This document shows positions 17,853-27,568 of a stretch of 37,497 nucleotides of DNA, one piece after another. The stretch covers positions 1 through 37,497 of the forward strand of contig SKZS01000064.1 of assembly GCA_007127255.1 (NCBI GenBank), read 5' to 3'. Made by a program: the position numbers and the translations under genes. Positions within the stretch are counted from its first letter, which is position 1; every line of letters starts with the position of its first letter. Below the pieces are notes generated by a model. The model saw only the letters and a list, made by a program, of their open reading frames with translations, did no database searches and was not told the DNA's origin. This DNA comes from Syntrophomonadaceae bacterium. Lineage in GTDB: Bacteria; Bacillota; Dethiobacteria; DTU022.

Positions 17853-18968
17853 GTGCCGAATAACGGACAGGCTTACAACTACGATCGCACATTATTGCTG
17901 GTGACTCTGCTTCTTCTGGCAATTGGCTTAATCATGGTTTTTAGCGCCAGCTTCGTTGTTGCCGAGGAAAGCAGGGGCGATCCTTATTACTTTCTCAAAC
18001 GCCAGGCGATGTGGGTGGCTATCGGTCTGCTGGCCATGTTTTTGCTTTCTAAGTTTCACTATAGAAACCTGAAACGCATATCCATAATCATACTTGTGCT
18101 CAACTTTGTTTTCCTGGGTTTGATTTTTACCAGTTTAGGTTCCGATCTCGGTACCGAGGCCAAACGCTGGTTAGCTTTCGGGCCTGTTATCTTTCAGCCC
18201 TCTGAATTCAGTAAGATTGCTTTTGTTATATTTACTGCGGCTTACATGAGCAATCGAAGGTTGAACCTGAGAAGTTTTTGGACCGGTAGCTTTGTGCCGC
18301 TGTTCTTTGTGGCTATGGCATTTTTTCTGATCCAGTTTCAGCCCGACCTGGGGACTGCCCTGGTTGTGCTGGCTGCAAGCGCCCTGGTTATTGTCTTTGC
18401 CGGGATGCCGATGACTCAAATGTTCGGACTGGCGATGTTATCGCTGCCGCCGCTTGCCTATTTTACAATAAAGGAAGATTACCGTGTCCAGCGGCTTTTT
18501 ACATTTTTCGACCCCTGGGCCGACTCCAGCGGAGCGGGCTACCAGGTTATCCAGTCATTTTACGCCCTGGGCCCCGGCCACATTTTTGGCACAGGCCTGG
18601 GACGCAGTAAACAGAAATTGTTTTACCTTCCCGAGCCGCAAAACGACTTTATCTTTGCTATTATCGGTGAAGAACTGGGCTTTATTGGCGCAGTTTCCGT
18701 CCTGCTGCTTTACATGATTTTAATCTGGCGCGGTTTTCAGATTGCCCAGAAAGCTCCTGATCTTTTCGGCAGTCTTCTGGCCGGAGGTATAATCTTCATC
18801 ATCGCTGTCCAGGTTTTTATTAATGTGGCAGTGGTAACCGGTTCAATACCGGTCACGGGCATCAACCTGCCCCTGATCAGCGCGGGTGGTAGTTCGATAT
18901 TTTTTACCCTGCTCAGCATCGGCATATTGCTGAATATATCCAGGCACGGGCGGATTGCAAGCGGGTGA
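17853..18968 (+). CDS. ftsW: SEDS-family peptidoglycan glycosyltransferase FtsW/SpoVE
   Basis: About 10-TM protein (DRTLLLVTLLLLAIGLIMVFSAS..., PSEFSKI, QPDLGTA, PLISAGGSS). AGGAGG lies 7 nt before GTG 17853. The ORF-track 5' extension to 17523 overlaps murD and is rejected. Confidence 0.9.
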   Translation: MPNNGQAYNYDRTLLLVTLLLLAIGLIMVFSASFVVAEESRGDPYYFLKRQAMWVAIGLLAMFLLSKFHYRNLKRISIIILVLNFVFLGLIFTSLGSDLGTEAKRWLAFGPVIFQPSEFSKIAFVIFTAAYMSNRRLNLRSFWTGSFVPLFFVAMAFFLIQFQPDLGTALVVLAASALVIVFAGMPMTQMFGLAMLSLPPLAYFTIKEDYRVQRLFTFFDPWADSSGAGYQVIQSFYALGPGHIFGTGLGRSKQKLFYLPEPQNDFIFAIIGEELGFIGAVSVLLLYMILIWRGFQIAQKAPDLFGSLLAGGIIFIIAVQVFINVAVVTGSIPVTGINLPLISAGGSSIFFTLLSIGILLNISRHGRIASG

Positions 18969-18986
18969 AAGGAAGAGCTAAAAATA

Positions 18987-20075
18987 ATGAAAATATTAAT
19001 CGGTGGGGGAGGAACAGGCGGTCATATTTATCCGGCCCTGGCGCTGGCCCGCTTCGCGCAGGCAGAAAACAGCGCTAATGATATTCTTTTTGTCGGTACT
19101 GAAAAAGGGCTGGAAAACAAAATAGTTCCCTCTGCCGGTTTTTGCCTGAAAACTGTTCCGGCTCGCGGTTTTCAGCGTAATTTCAAACAGTTTGGATTAG
19201 TGGTGATCGATTTGATCAATGGTTTGAAGCAGGCTTCCAGAATAATAAATGAGTTCAAGCCGAATGTTATACTTGGCACGGGTGGCTATGTTGCCGCGCC
19301 CCTGGTTATCTCGGGGCTGCTAAAGCGCTGCCCGGTTGTCCTACACGAACAAAACGCCCTGCCCGGGCTGGTTAATCGCAGACTGGCTCCTTTTGTCAAG
19401 CGGGTCTGCATCTCTTTTGCGGAAACTGAAAAATGGCTGTCCCGGTTTTCCAGGGTGGAGTATACCGGGAATCCACGGGCTACCGAGGTCGCGAAACTGA
19501 CCAGGGAAGCAGGATGCCGTCACTTTGGGTTTGATCCGAAAGATAAAAATATATTGGTCTACGGGGGTAGCCGGGGTGCCTTACAATTAAACCGGGTAAT
19601 TACCGCTTATCTTAAAGCAAACCTGCTCCCGGAAGGAGTAAATATGATTTTTGTAACAGGTGAGATCTACTACCGGAATGTTTCAGAAGAGCTTGAATTG
19701 CTTGCAGACAGGATAAAGCTCTACCCCTACCTGGAAGAGATGCCCGAAGCCCTGGCAGCAGCAGATTTGGCCGTTACCAGGAGTGGAGCGACAACTCTTG
19801 CTGAAATAACTGCTCTCGGAGTTCCAGCCCTGCTGGTTCCATCGCCGAATGTGGTTGATAACCACCAGTATTACAATGCCAGGCTGCTGGCCGATACTAA
19901 AGCGGCGATTATAATTGAAGAAAAGGATTTTGCATACAGGCGCCTGCAGCAGGAAGTTGAACGGATCCTGTCTGAACCGAACTTACTGGAGAATATGAAA
20001 AAGAACAGCAAGCGGATGGGCGTTACAGATGCAGCAGAGAGGCTTTATCAGTGCCTGCAGGAGGTAGCTTCATGA
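18987..20075 (+). CDS. murG: UDP-N-acetylglucosamine--MurNAc-pentapeptide GlcNAc transferase MurG
   Basis: GGGTGGHIYPALALA N-terminal motif, 362 aa, in the dcw context. Confidence 0.92.
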   Translation: MKILIGGGGTGGHIYPALALARFAQAENSANDILFVGTEKGLENKIVPSAGFCLKTVPARGFQRNFKQFGLVVIDLINGLKQASRIINEFKPNVILGTGGYVAAPLVISGLLKRCPVVLHEQNALPGLVNRRLAPFVKRVCISFAETEKWLSRFSRVEYTGNPRATEVAKLTREAGCRHFGFDPKDKNILVYGGSRGALQLNRVITAYLKANLLPEGVNMIFVTGEIYYRNVSEELELLADRIKLYPYLEEMPEALAAADLAVTRSGATTLAEITALGVPALLVPSPNVVDNHQYYNARLLADTKAAIIIEEKDFAYRRLQQEVERILSEPNLLENMKKNSKRMGVTDAAERLYQCLQEVAS

Positions 20076-20971
20076 ATATTGACCGGGAACTGGGACAAAA
20101 GCTAAAAGAAGGCATCAGGAAAAATGAACCTATGTCAAGGCACACGTCCTGGCAGGTAGGAGGGCCGGCTGACTATTATCTCTGCCCGGCTGATCTTTCT
20201 GAACTGGTAGAAATCGTCCGGTTCAGCAATAAGTACAACCTGCCTCTTTATGTTTTCGGCAATGGCACTAACCTGCTGGTCCTCGACGGGGGAATCAGGG
20301 GGCTTGTTGTCAATATCGGATCATCTTTCAGCTATGTTAACTGCGAACAAAATGGGCTTACTGCCGGTGCAGGAACCCCGATGACTTACCTGGCCCGCAC
20401 TGCTGCAGAACAGGGCCTGGTTGGGCTTGAGTTTGCCGTCGGTATTCCGGGTTCACTGGGCGGGGCGGTGATCATGAATGCCGGTTCTTTCGGTGGCTAT
20501 ATTGGCGAAAAGGTGCGGGCTGTGAAACTCGTTTCACCTGGTGCGGAATTAATAACTATGGAGCGGAATGAACTCTCATTCAGCTATCGTACCAGCAATC
20601 TGCCTGGTAAGGGAGTTATATTTGAGATAGTTTTAGATCTGAAACCGGGCGATTCTGTAGAATCAATGAAGTTGATGGACTACTTTTTAAGCGAACGCAG
20701 CCGTCGTCACCCTGATCTGCCCAGCGCCGGCTCGGTTTTTCGCAATATACCCGACCAGCCGGCAGGAAAAATAATTGAAGAAATCGGATGTAAGGGCATG
20801 CGTATCGGTGGCGCCGAAGTCTCATGTAAGCATGCCAATTTTATAGTCAATACAGGAACTGCAACCGCTGCCGATATTCTCTCTTTAATCGAAGCTGTCA
20901 GGCAGAAGGTCAAAGACGAATATAATTTGGATCTCCAACCTGAAGTTAAAATAGTCGGTGAGGAGAGGTAA
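20072..20971 (+). CDS. murB: UDP-N-acetylenolpyruvoylglucosamine reductase MurB
   Basis: MSRHTSWQVGGPADYY and GNGTNLLV FAD-binding region, plus the C-terminal segment ANFIVNTG. ATG 20072 follows GGAGG and overlaps the murG stop (ATGA). Confidence 0.9.
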   Translation: MNIDRELGQKLKEGIRKNEPMSRHTSWQVGGPADYYLCPADLSELVEIVRFSNKYNLPLYVFGNGTNLLVLDGGIRGLVVNIGSSFSYVNCEQNGLTAGAGTPMTYLARTAAEQGLVGLEFAVGIPGSLGGAVIMNAGSFGGYIGEKVRAVKLVSPGAELITMERNELSFSYRTSNLPGKGVIFEIVLDLKPGDSVESMKLMDYFLSERSRRHPDLPSAGSVFRNIPDQPAGKIIEEIGCKGMRIGGAEVSCKHANFIVNTGTATAADILSLIEAVRQKVKDEYNLDLQPEVKIVGEER

Positions 20972-20974
20972 AGC

Positions 20975-21766
20975 ATGAAACGGAAAAATGATCACTTAAA
21001 ACTGGTTAACAAAAACAGCGAGCGGCCGCTTTGGAAGAAAGCGCTTCGCTTCCTGTTCAGGTTGACATTTATAGTAGTTATCCTGTTGCTATTGAAGCAG
21101 GGAGAAACATTTTTCCGTATTAACAAGATTGAAGTGCAGGGAGCCGGGGAACTGACTGCCGCGGAAATAATATCAGCCGGTGAAGTGCGTAAAGGATCGA
21201 GTATCATTTTGCTGCAGGAAGATAAAATAGCCGAAAAAATTCAAAATGTGCATCCCTGGGTAAAAAATGTCGAAATAACCCGCATCCTGCCAGATAGAAT
21301 TATTATTGCCATCGAAGTAAGAAGATCTGTGGGGTCTATCAGGACTGAGAATGGTTTCTGGATGATCGATTCAAATACAATTCCTTTCGCCTATATGACG
21401 GAACCGGCCGCTGATTATCCCGTAATTGCCGGAATAAAGGAAGAGTTAATAATACAGGGTGTTCCACTGGACTGCCGGGAGAGAAGAGAAGCTTTAAGCA
21501 ATTTCTTTGCCGTTTGGTGCAATGAAAAAAGGTTTGAAATAGCAAAGATTGATATGACTGACAGTTACAACCTGGTTGTCGTAACAGGTGAAGAAATGGA
21601 GATCTGGTTTGGTGATGGGAAAAATATGCAGCACAAGCTGGACCTTGTTGAAAAGAGTTTGCCTTACATAACTGTAGACAGCGAAACAAGGCTTGATGTT
21701 CGTTCCGGGAACCGGCTGGTGCTCTCCAGCACTGCCGGAACCGTTCAAAAGGAGGTGGGTCCGTAA
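20975..21766 (+). CDS. ftsQ: Cell division protein FtsQ/DivIB
   Basis: N-terminal TM anchor (FRLTFIVVILLLL), then a POTRA-like segment (FRINKIEVQGAGELTAAEII). Located between murB and ftsA. Confidence 0.8.
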   Translation: MKRKNDHLKLVNKNSERPLWKKALRFLFRLTFIVVILLLLKQGETFFRINKIEVQGAGELTAAEIISAGEVRKGSSIILLQEDKIAEKIQNVHPWVKNVEITRILPDRIIIAIEVRRSVGSIRTENGFWMIDSNTIPFAYMTEPAADYPVIAGIKEELIIQGVPLDCRERREALSNFFAVWCNEKRFEIAKIDMTDSYNLVVVTGEEMEIWFGDGKNMQHKLDLVEKSLPYITVDSETRLDVRSGNRLVLSSTAGTVQKEVGP

Positions 21767-21842
21767 AAAAGGAAATTGTTGATATGTGTTGAATATTTTA
21801 GTAGTAATTGCACCATGCTGGGAAGGGTAAGGGGGAAGTGAA

Positions 21843-23075
21843 GTGATTAAAAGAAACTATATTGTCGGTATTGATGTTGGCACAGCTGAGGTAAGGGTTG
21901 GGCTTGGTGAACCCCGTCCCGATGGAACTGTGAACATTATCGGTTTAGGCCTTAATCCTTCCGATGGGGTGCGCAAAGGGGTAATCGTTGATCTGGACAA
22001 AACCGTAGAATCTATTGTTGCTGCAATCGAGGAAGCTGAAAGAATGGCCGGGGTTAAGATTGATTCTGCTTTTCTTGGCTTGAAAGGTCTTAATATGGAA
22101 CTGATCAATAATCGTGGTGTTGTCGCAGTAACAGCAGAGGATAGGGAGATTCGCGAAGATGATCTCGAAAGGGTAATGCAGGCAGCGAAGGTAGTTGCCC
22201 TGCCCATGGATCGTGAAATAGTTGACATCATCCCCCGCGAATACATAGTCGACGGTTTTGAAGGGATAAGAGATCCGGTTGGCATGCTGGGAGTCAGACT
22301 CGAAGTTGATGCCCTTGTTGTAAGCAGCCTGATTACTTCCCTGCATAACCTTCTGCGCTGTGTTAATCGAGCCGGAATTACTATCAACGGCCTGGTTTTA
22401 CAGGCGATGGCCAATTCCGAGATTTACCTTTCACCTGACGAAAGAGATCTGGGTGTATTCCTGGTCGACATCGGCAGCGGGACAACAGAGATCGCTTTTT
22501 TTCAGCATGGTAAGCTGCAGAAAATGAAAGTAGCGCCGGTCGGGGGAGATCATATTACAACCGACTTAGCCGCAGGTTTAAGAATAAACCACTTTAAGGC
22601 AGAGGAGTTAAAGAAAGAATATGGAACGGTTCTCCTTTCAACTGCTGATAGCGAACCGAAAATTGAAATTACTACCGTAGGCAGCAATGAGCTCAGGCTG
22701 GTGTCGGAAAGAGAGCTTACAGCATATATCGAGCCGAGAGTAAACGAAATATTTCAAATCATCAAAGAGGAAATGACAAAAATGGGTTGGCCTTATTTGC
22801 CGCCGGCAGGGGTCGTATTACATGGTGGGGTTTCTGCAATGAAAGGTTTTGTTGATGCTTCACGCCACTTTTTTGAAAGCGATCAAGTCAGGCTGGCGGA
22901 ATTTGAAACGGTGGGCATTCAGAATCCAACATACTCGACAGTAGTCGGGCTGCTTTATTACGTGCAGCGTTATCAGCCGAGAATGTTTATTCAGGAGCGG
23001 GTTAAACAGACAAAAAAACGCGGACCCGGTCTCTGGCAGAGCTTAAAGGACTGGATTGCCGACATAATTGATTGA
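21843..23075 (+). CDS. ftsA: Cell division protein FtsA
   Basis: Actin-like fold motifs IVGIDVGTAEVRV and FLVDIGSGTTEIA. GGGGGA lies before GTG 21843. Immediately upstream of ftsZ. Confidence 0.92.
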   Translation: MIKRNYIVGIDVGTAEVRVGLGEPRPDGTVNIIGLGLNPSDGVRKGVIVDLDKTVESIVAAIEEAERMAGVKIDSAFLGLKGLNMELINNRGVVAVTAEDREIREDDLERVMQAAKVVALPMDREIVDIIPREYIVDGFEGIRDPVGMLGVRLEVDALVVSSLITSLHNLLRCVNRAGITINGLVLQAMANSEIYLSPDERDLGVFLVDIGSGTTEIAFFQHGKLQKMKVAPVGGDHITTDLAAGLRINHFKAEELKKEYGTVLLSTADSEPKIEITTVGSNELRLVSERELTAYIEPRVNEIFQIIKEEMTKMGWPYLPPAGVVLHGGVSAMKGFVDASRHFFESDQVRLAEFETVGIQNPTYSTVVGLLYYVQRYQPRMFIQERVKQTKKRGPGLWQSLKDWIADIID

Positions 23076-23108
23076 AAAGAGCATACCAATAACAGGAGGT
23101 GCTTTTAA

Positions 23109-24185
23109 ATGATTGAGTTTGATATCGAAATGGAACAATACGCTTCTATCAAGGTAGTAGGAATAGGTGGAGGAGGCAGCAACGCCGTAAATAGAATGAT
23201 TGCTGCCGGATTACAGGGAGTCGATTTTTGCGCTGTTAATACTGATGCACAAGCTCTTTACCTGGCCAATGCCGGTACCAAGCTCCAGATTGGCGAACAG
23301 CTAACCAAGGGGCTCGGTGCGGGTGCAAATCCCGAAATTGGCCGCAAGGCCGCCGAAGAAAGCCGTGATGATATTGAGCAAATGCTAAAAGGCGCTGACA
23401 TGGTTTTTATTACAGCAGGAATGGGCGGCGGCACGGGGACAGGAGCTGCCCCGATTATTGCTGAAGTAGCTCAAAAGGTAGGAGCCCTGACTGTCGGTGT
23501 GGTTACAAAGCCCTTTTCATTTGAAGGGAGAAAACGCAAGCAGCAAGCCGAAGAAGGCGGCGTTTGCCTGAAAGATAAGGTGGACACCCTGATCACCATA
23601 CCCAATGATCGTTTACTGCAGGTAGTAGAGAAAAAGACGCCGATCCTGGAAGCATTCAGGGTAGCCGATGACGTTCTCCGGCAGGGTGTGCAGGGAATTT
23701 CCGATCTGATTGCTGTTCCCGGTCTGATCAACCTCGACTTTGCCGATGTGCGCACGATCATGTCTGAAACCGGTCCCGCTTTAATGGGAGTCGGGCAGGG
23801 CAGCGGTGAAAATCGCACTATCGAGGCAGCCAAAGCGGCCACCAACAGTCCCCTGCTGGAGACCTCGATTGAAGGAGCTCTCGGCGTGTTAATTAATGTT
23901 ACCGGGGGTACTGATATCAGTCTCCATGAAGTGCATGAAGCGGCTGAAATTATCGCTGAATATGCCGATCCCGAGGCCAATATTATCTTTGGAGCGGTAA
24001 TTGACGAGAACTGTCAGGATCAAGTGCGGGTTACTGTTATTGCCACAGGTTTTAAAGCCCGCCAGGAGAACTTCAAGCCTAAATTGGCTGCAGTGGGTGG
24101 CAGCGCATATTCACGCGGAGAAAATATCGATGCTCCGGCCTGGTCACGCTGGCAGAAGCAGGATGACAAAATCGTAAATGAATAG
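23109..24185 (+). CDS. ftsZ: Cell division GTPase FtsZ
   Basis: [13 protein letters not shown] and tubulin signature [10 protein letters not shown], with NTDAQAL also present. AGGAGG RBS. Confidence 0.97.
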   Translation: MIEFDIEMEQYASIKVVGIGGGGSNAVNRMIAAGLQGVDFCAVNTDAQALYLANAGTKLQIGEQLTKGLGAGANPEIGRKAAEESRDDIEQMLKGADMVFITAGMGGGTGTGAAPIIAEVAQKVGALTVGVVTKPFSFEGRKRKQQAEEGGVCLKDKVDTLITIPNDRLLQVVEKKTPILEAFRVADDVLRQGVQGISDLIAVPGLINLDFADVRTIMSETGPALMGVGQGSGENRTIEAAKAATNSPLLETSIEGALGVLINVTGGTDISLHEVHEAAEIIAEYADPEANIIFGAVIDENCQDQVRVTVIATGFKARQENFKPKLAAVGGSAYSRGENIDAPAWSRWQKQDDKIVNE

Positions 24186-24216
24186 TATGCTTTAGCCCTC
24201 GCGTATCATTTTAATC

Positions 24217-24257
24217 AGCCCGGCACTCAACTTTTAGTTGAGTGCCGGGCTATTTTA
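24217..24257 (+). terminator. Rho-independent terminator ending the dcw transcription unit
   Basis: Perfect 15-bp stem AGCCCGGCACTCAAC / GTTGAGTGCCGGGCT with loop TTTTA, followed by ATTTT. Confidence 0.85.
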
Positions 24258-24286
24258 AGAAGTTTTGTTTGAGACGAAAATAAGCC

Positions 24287-24315
24287 TTGACGCACAATAT
24301 ATTGTGTTCTATAAT
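24287..24315 (+). promoter_or_regulatory. Sigma-A-type promoter of nrdR (and probably nrdDG)
   Basis: TTGACG (24287-24292), 17-nt spacer, TATAAT (24310-24315). Confidence 0.75.
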
Positions 24316-24338
24316 GGCATATAATCAAGATATTGATG
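24292..24338. promoter_or_regulatory. Tandem NrdR boxes
   Basis: Box 1 is GCACAATATATTGTGT (24292-24307), containing the perfect 14-bp palindrome CACAATATATTGTG, and fills the promoter spacer. Box 2 is AATCAAGATATTGATG (24323-24338), with core CAAgATATTG. The centres are 31 bp apart. Confidence 0.7.
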
Positions 24339-24351
24339 GGAGAGCTATCAC

Positions 24352-24828
24352 ATGAAATGCCCTTACTGTGGTGAAATGGACACCAGGGTTCTCGATTCAA
24401 GGGCGACCCAGGATTCTTCCGCAATCAGGCGCAGACGTCAATGTATCAAATGCACCGATAGATTTACAACCATGGAAAAAATTGAAGAAGAACCAATTGT
24501 CGTTGTCAAGCGTGACGGCCGCCGGGAGCTTTTTGATCCCAACAAGATTCTGAAGGGGTTAGTTCTCGCGGGGCAAAAAAGAAACATAGCTCTATCCTGC
24601 TGGGAGGAAGTTGTCGAAAGCCTGGAGCAGGAACTGCGCAGCAGCTATCCGAAGGAGGTAACTGCTGATAAAATTGGTGATATCATTTTGAAAAAATTGC
24701 GCAGTATTGATGAAGTAGCTTATGTCCGTTTTGCCTCAGTTTTTCGCCAGTTTCCAGATGTCGAAGCATTTAAGGCTGAACTGGAAGAAATGCTTCAGGA
24801 TAAAAAAAACCGGGAAACAGAAACTTAA
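24352..24828 (+). CDS. nrdR: Transcriptional repressor NrdR (zinc ribbon plus ATP-cone)
   Basis: MKCPYCGEMDTRVLDSR...RRRRQCIKC zinc ribbon, then an ATP-cone (VVKRDGRRELFDPNKI). 158 aa. Confidence 0.93.
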   Translation: MKCPYCGEMDTRVLDSRATQDSSAIRRRRQCIKCTDRFTTMEKIEEEPIVVVKRDGRRELFDPNKILKGLVLAGQKRNIALSCWEEVVESLEQELRSSYPKEVTADKIGDIILKKLRSIDEVAYVRFASVFRQFPDVEAFKAELEEMLQDKKNRETET

Positions 24829-24956
24829 CGAAGGGTCAAATCAGATTAATCTATTCTCCATAAATCGGTTTAAAGGGAATGTAAAGAGCTTGACTCAATG
24901 ATTTTCCGGTTATCCGCTAGCTGGTAACCGACACCCCAAACGAGGAGGTATTTCTG

Positions 24957-27053
24957 TTGAATGACGGCGTAGCAGCGGCAAAAGATGAAAACAGGCAAAG
25001 GGAAAATAGCAAATTTATGGAAATAAGGAAGCGTGATGGACGTGTTGTAGCATTCGATTCCGAGAAGATAACCGATGCTATATTTAAGGCTGCCAGGGCA
25101 GTAGGAGGCAGCGATCGCGGGATCGCCGAAAACCTGACCAGGCAGGTCCTGGAAAGTCTCGGGGAAACTGTCCAAAACGGAGTTATTCCCGCGGTGGAAG
25201 AAGTTCAGGATGCAGTAGAAGTAGCCCTGATTGAAAATGGTCATGCCCGCACCGCAAAAGCATATATTCTTTACCGTGACCGTCGGACACGGATTCGCGA
25301 TGGCAAATCAGAACTGATGGACGTGGTAAAAGACATCCTGATCGAGACCAGCCGTGAAAACGCCAACGTCAGCAACTCTCCTTCAGCTAAAATGCTGCAG
25401 ATTGCCACTGCAGCAAGCAAACAGTATTACCTGAGCAACTTGCTTCCTGAAGAATATGCCCGGGCTCACGATGAAGGAAGCATGCATATACACGATCTGG
25501 ATTACTACAGCAAAACATTAAACTGCCTTCAAATTGATCTTTCCCGTATGCTTCAGGATGGCTTTAATACCGGCTACGGGTATATCCGGCCGCCTAAACG
25601 GATTGCCTCGGCGGCAGCCCAGGCGGCCATTATCCTGCAGAGTAACCAGAATGATATGTTTGGGGGGCAGAGTTTCCCTCACTTTGACCGCAGTATGGGT
25701 GAAGTGATTCGTGGTTTGAAGACGATGCCTGAATATGAAGAAATATATCAGGCTATGGAAGGTCTGATCTATAATCTTAATACCATGCACAGCCGGGCCG
25801 GGGCCCAGGTGCCTTTTAGTTCCATTAATTTTGGAACAGATACCACCGCGGAAGGACGAATGGTCATTCGTGCTGTTCTCGAGGCATTCCGGCGCGGGCT
25901 GGGCCGCGGGGAAAGCCCGATCTTTCCGAACCTGGTTTTCAGGCTTAAAAGCGGTGTAAATTTTAATGAAGGAGATCAAAATTACGATCTTTTTAAACTG
26001 GCCATAGAAGTTGCTGCACGAAGGATGAATCCCACTTTCAGCTTCATGGACAGCACTTATAATTCACCTTATGGTGAGGAAGTATCATACATGGGCTGCC
26101 GCACTCGGGTTATTGCCAACCGCCATGGTCCGGAGATATCAGCAGGAAGGGGCAATATCGCCCCCGTAACTTTAAACCTGCCCCGTATTGCTCTTGAGTG
26201 TCGGGGCCGGCAGGATCTGTTTTTCGTTCAGCTCGACCGTATATTGCGCACCGCAGCGCGCCAGCTGCTGCACCGTTTCGAAGTATTATCCCGGTTGCGG
26301 GCCCGGGACCTGCCTTTTCTAATGGGGCAGAAGCTTTACCTGGATGCGGATAAGTTAAATCCCGGAGATTCCATACGGGATGTTATCAAACATGGCACAC
26401 TGGCCATCGGTTTTATCGGTTTGGCCGAAACTCTCCATGCCCTGATCGGAAAACACCATGGTGAAGATAATGAAGCTCTTGAGCTGGGTTTAAAAATAGT
26501 CGAACATATGCGGAGAAGGACAGACAGCTATGCCGAGGAATATGATCTCAACTTTGTCCTGGTTGCTACTCCGGCCGAAGGGCTGGCCGGTCGATTTGTG
26601 GCCATGGACCAGGAGCGTTATGGAACTATACCGGGAGTAACCGACAGGGAATACTACAGCAATTCATTTCATATTCCCGTATATTATACTATGTCGCTGT
26701 TTGATAAGCTGGCTGCAGAAGGCCGGTTTCATAAACTTTGCAATGCCGGACATATCACCTACACTGAGCTGGAAGCGCCTCCCGTTCATAATCTTGAAGC
26801 AGTAGAGAGTATTATACGGGCCATGGCCGCTGCAGATGTCGGTTATGGCGGCATCAACTACCCACTTGATGAATGCCGTAACTGTTCTTACAGCGGTGTT
26901 ATTAACCAGAAATGTCCCGAGTGTGAAAGTCCCGACATACGACGCATTCGTCGTATTACAGGCTACCTTTCTACTGATGAACGCTTTAATGAAGCCAAGT
27001 ATAAAGAGTTAACCGACAGGCGGGTGCATTTTGCGTCCGTGGATAAAAGATGA
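24957..27053 (+). CDS. nrdD: Anaerobic ribonucleoside-triphosphate reductase NrdD (class III RNR) with N-terminal ATP-cone
   Basis: ATP-cone MEIRKRDGRVVAFDSEKI, C-terminal zinc site CRNCSYSG...CPEC and glycyl-radical motif RRITGYLS. GAGGAGG lies 8 nt before TTG 24957. ATG 25017 is an alternative start. Confidence 0.92.
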   Translation: MNDGVAAAKDENRQRENSKFMEIRKRDGRVVAFDSEKITDAIFKAARAVGGSDRGIAENLTRQVLESLGETVQNGVIPAVEEVQDAVEVALIENGHARTAKAYILYRDRRTRIRDGKSELMDVVKDILIETSRENANVSNSPSAKMLQIATAASKQYYLSNLLPEEYARAHDEGSMHIHDLDYYSKTLNCLQIDLSRMLQDGFNTGYGYIRPPKRIASAAAQAAIILQSNQNDMFGGQSFPHFDRSMGEVIRGLKTMPEYEEIYQAMEGLIYNLNTMHSRAGAQVPFSSINFGTDTTAEGRMVIRAVLEAFRRGLGRGESPIFPNLVFRLKSGVNFNEGDQNYDLFKLAIEVAARRMNPTFSFMDSTYNSPYGEEVSYMGCRTRVIANRHGPEISAGRGNIAPVTLNLPRIALECRGRQDLFFVQLDRILRTAARQLLHRFEVLSRLRARDLPFLMGQKLYLDADKLNPGDSIRDVIKHGTLAIGFIGLAETLHALIGKHHGEDNEALELGLKIVEHMRRRTDSYAEEYDLNFVLVATPAEGLAGRFVAMDQERYGTIPGVTDREYYSNSFHIPVYYTMSLFDKLAAEGRFHKLCNAGHITYTELEAPPVHNLEAVESIIRAMAAADVGYGGINYPLDECRNCSYSGVINQKCPECESPDIRRIRRITGYLSTDERFNEAKYKELTDRRVHFASVDKR

Positions 27054-27568
27054 AGATGAAGATTGCCGGCATCCAAAAAGACAGTATCGTAGATGGCCCG
27101 GGTGTACGTTTGGCCATATATGTTCAAGGTTGCTCTCATCGCTGTGCAGGTTGCCATAACCCCGAAACTCACGATCCTGCCGGTGGATATGAAATGAGCG
27201 TAGAACAGATTACGGCTATTATTGAAGACAGCAGCTGTATTGATGGAGTGACCATATCCGGTGGGGAGCCTTTTGAACAGGCTGCATCAGCGGCAGCGCT
27301 TGCAGCTGAAATAAGGAGGCGAGGGCTTGACCTGGTCCTTTACAGCGGTTATAGCTTTGAAGAACTGTTGGAAGCAAGTGTCGTTAATGCTGAAATCGGT
27401 GCGTTATTGCAGGCAGGATCACTTTTGGTGGACGGTCCATTTATTATCGCAGAACAAAATTTTAGCCTGCCGTACAGGGGTTCCTGCAACCAGCGTATTA
27501 TTGATCTGACTCTTTCTATGAAAGAAGGCAGTGCCGTTGTGTCTGAGTATGGCCCTACAAGAACTTAA
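27050..27568 (+). CDS. nrdG: Anaerobic RNR activating protein NrdG (radical SAM)
   Basis: CSHRCAGCHNP (CxxxCxxC) cluster motif, 172 aa. ATGA overlap with the nrdD stop. Confidence 0.9.
   Translation: MKMKIAGIQKDSIVDGPGVRLAIYVQGCSHRCAGCHNPETHDPAGGYEMSVEQITAIIEDSSCIDGVTISGGEPFEQAASAAALAAEIRRRGLDLVLYSGYSFEELLEASVVNAEIGALLQAGSLLVDGPFIIAEQNFSLPYRGSCNQRIIDLTLSMKEGSAVVSEYGPTRT

Noticed and set aside
21857-22414. Long antisense ORFs inside ftsA (185 aa), the PBP gene (13390-13929, 179 aa), ftsZ (23471-23980, 169 aa) and nrdD (25518-25979, 153 aa)
   Set aside because: These are shadow ORFs opposite strongly conserved genes. They are Ser/Arg/Pro-rich, have no RBS and show no recognisable motif.
24843-24852. 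Perfect 10-bp palindrome AGATTAATCT in the nrdR-nrdD spacer, considered as a possible NrdR box
   Set aside because: It does not match the CwAtATaTwG core, it is short and AT-rich, and it has no partner box at about 31 bp.
24890-24918. TTGACT hexamer as a separate nrdD promoter
   Set aside because: No acceptable -10 lies 16-18 nt downstream (TCCGCT or ATCCGC). Co-transcription from the nrdR promoter is more likely.
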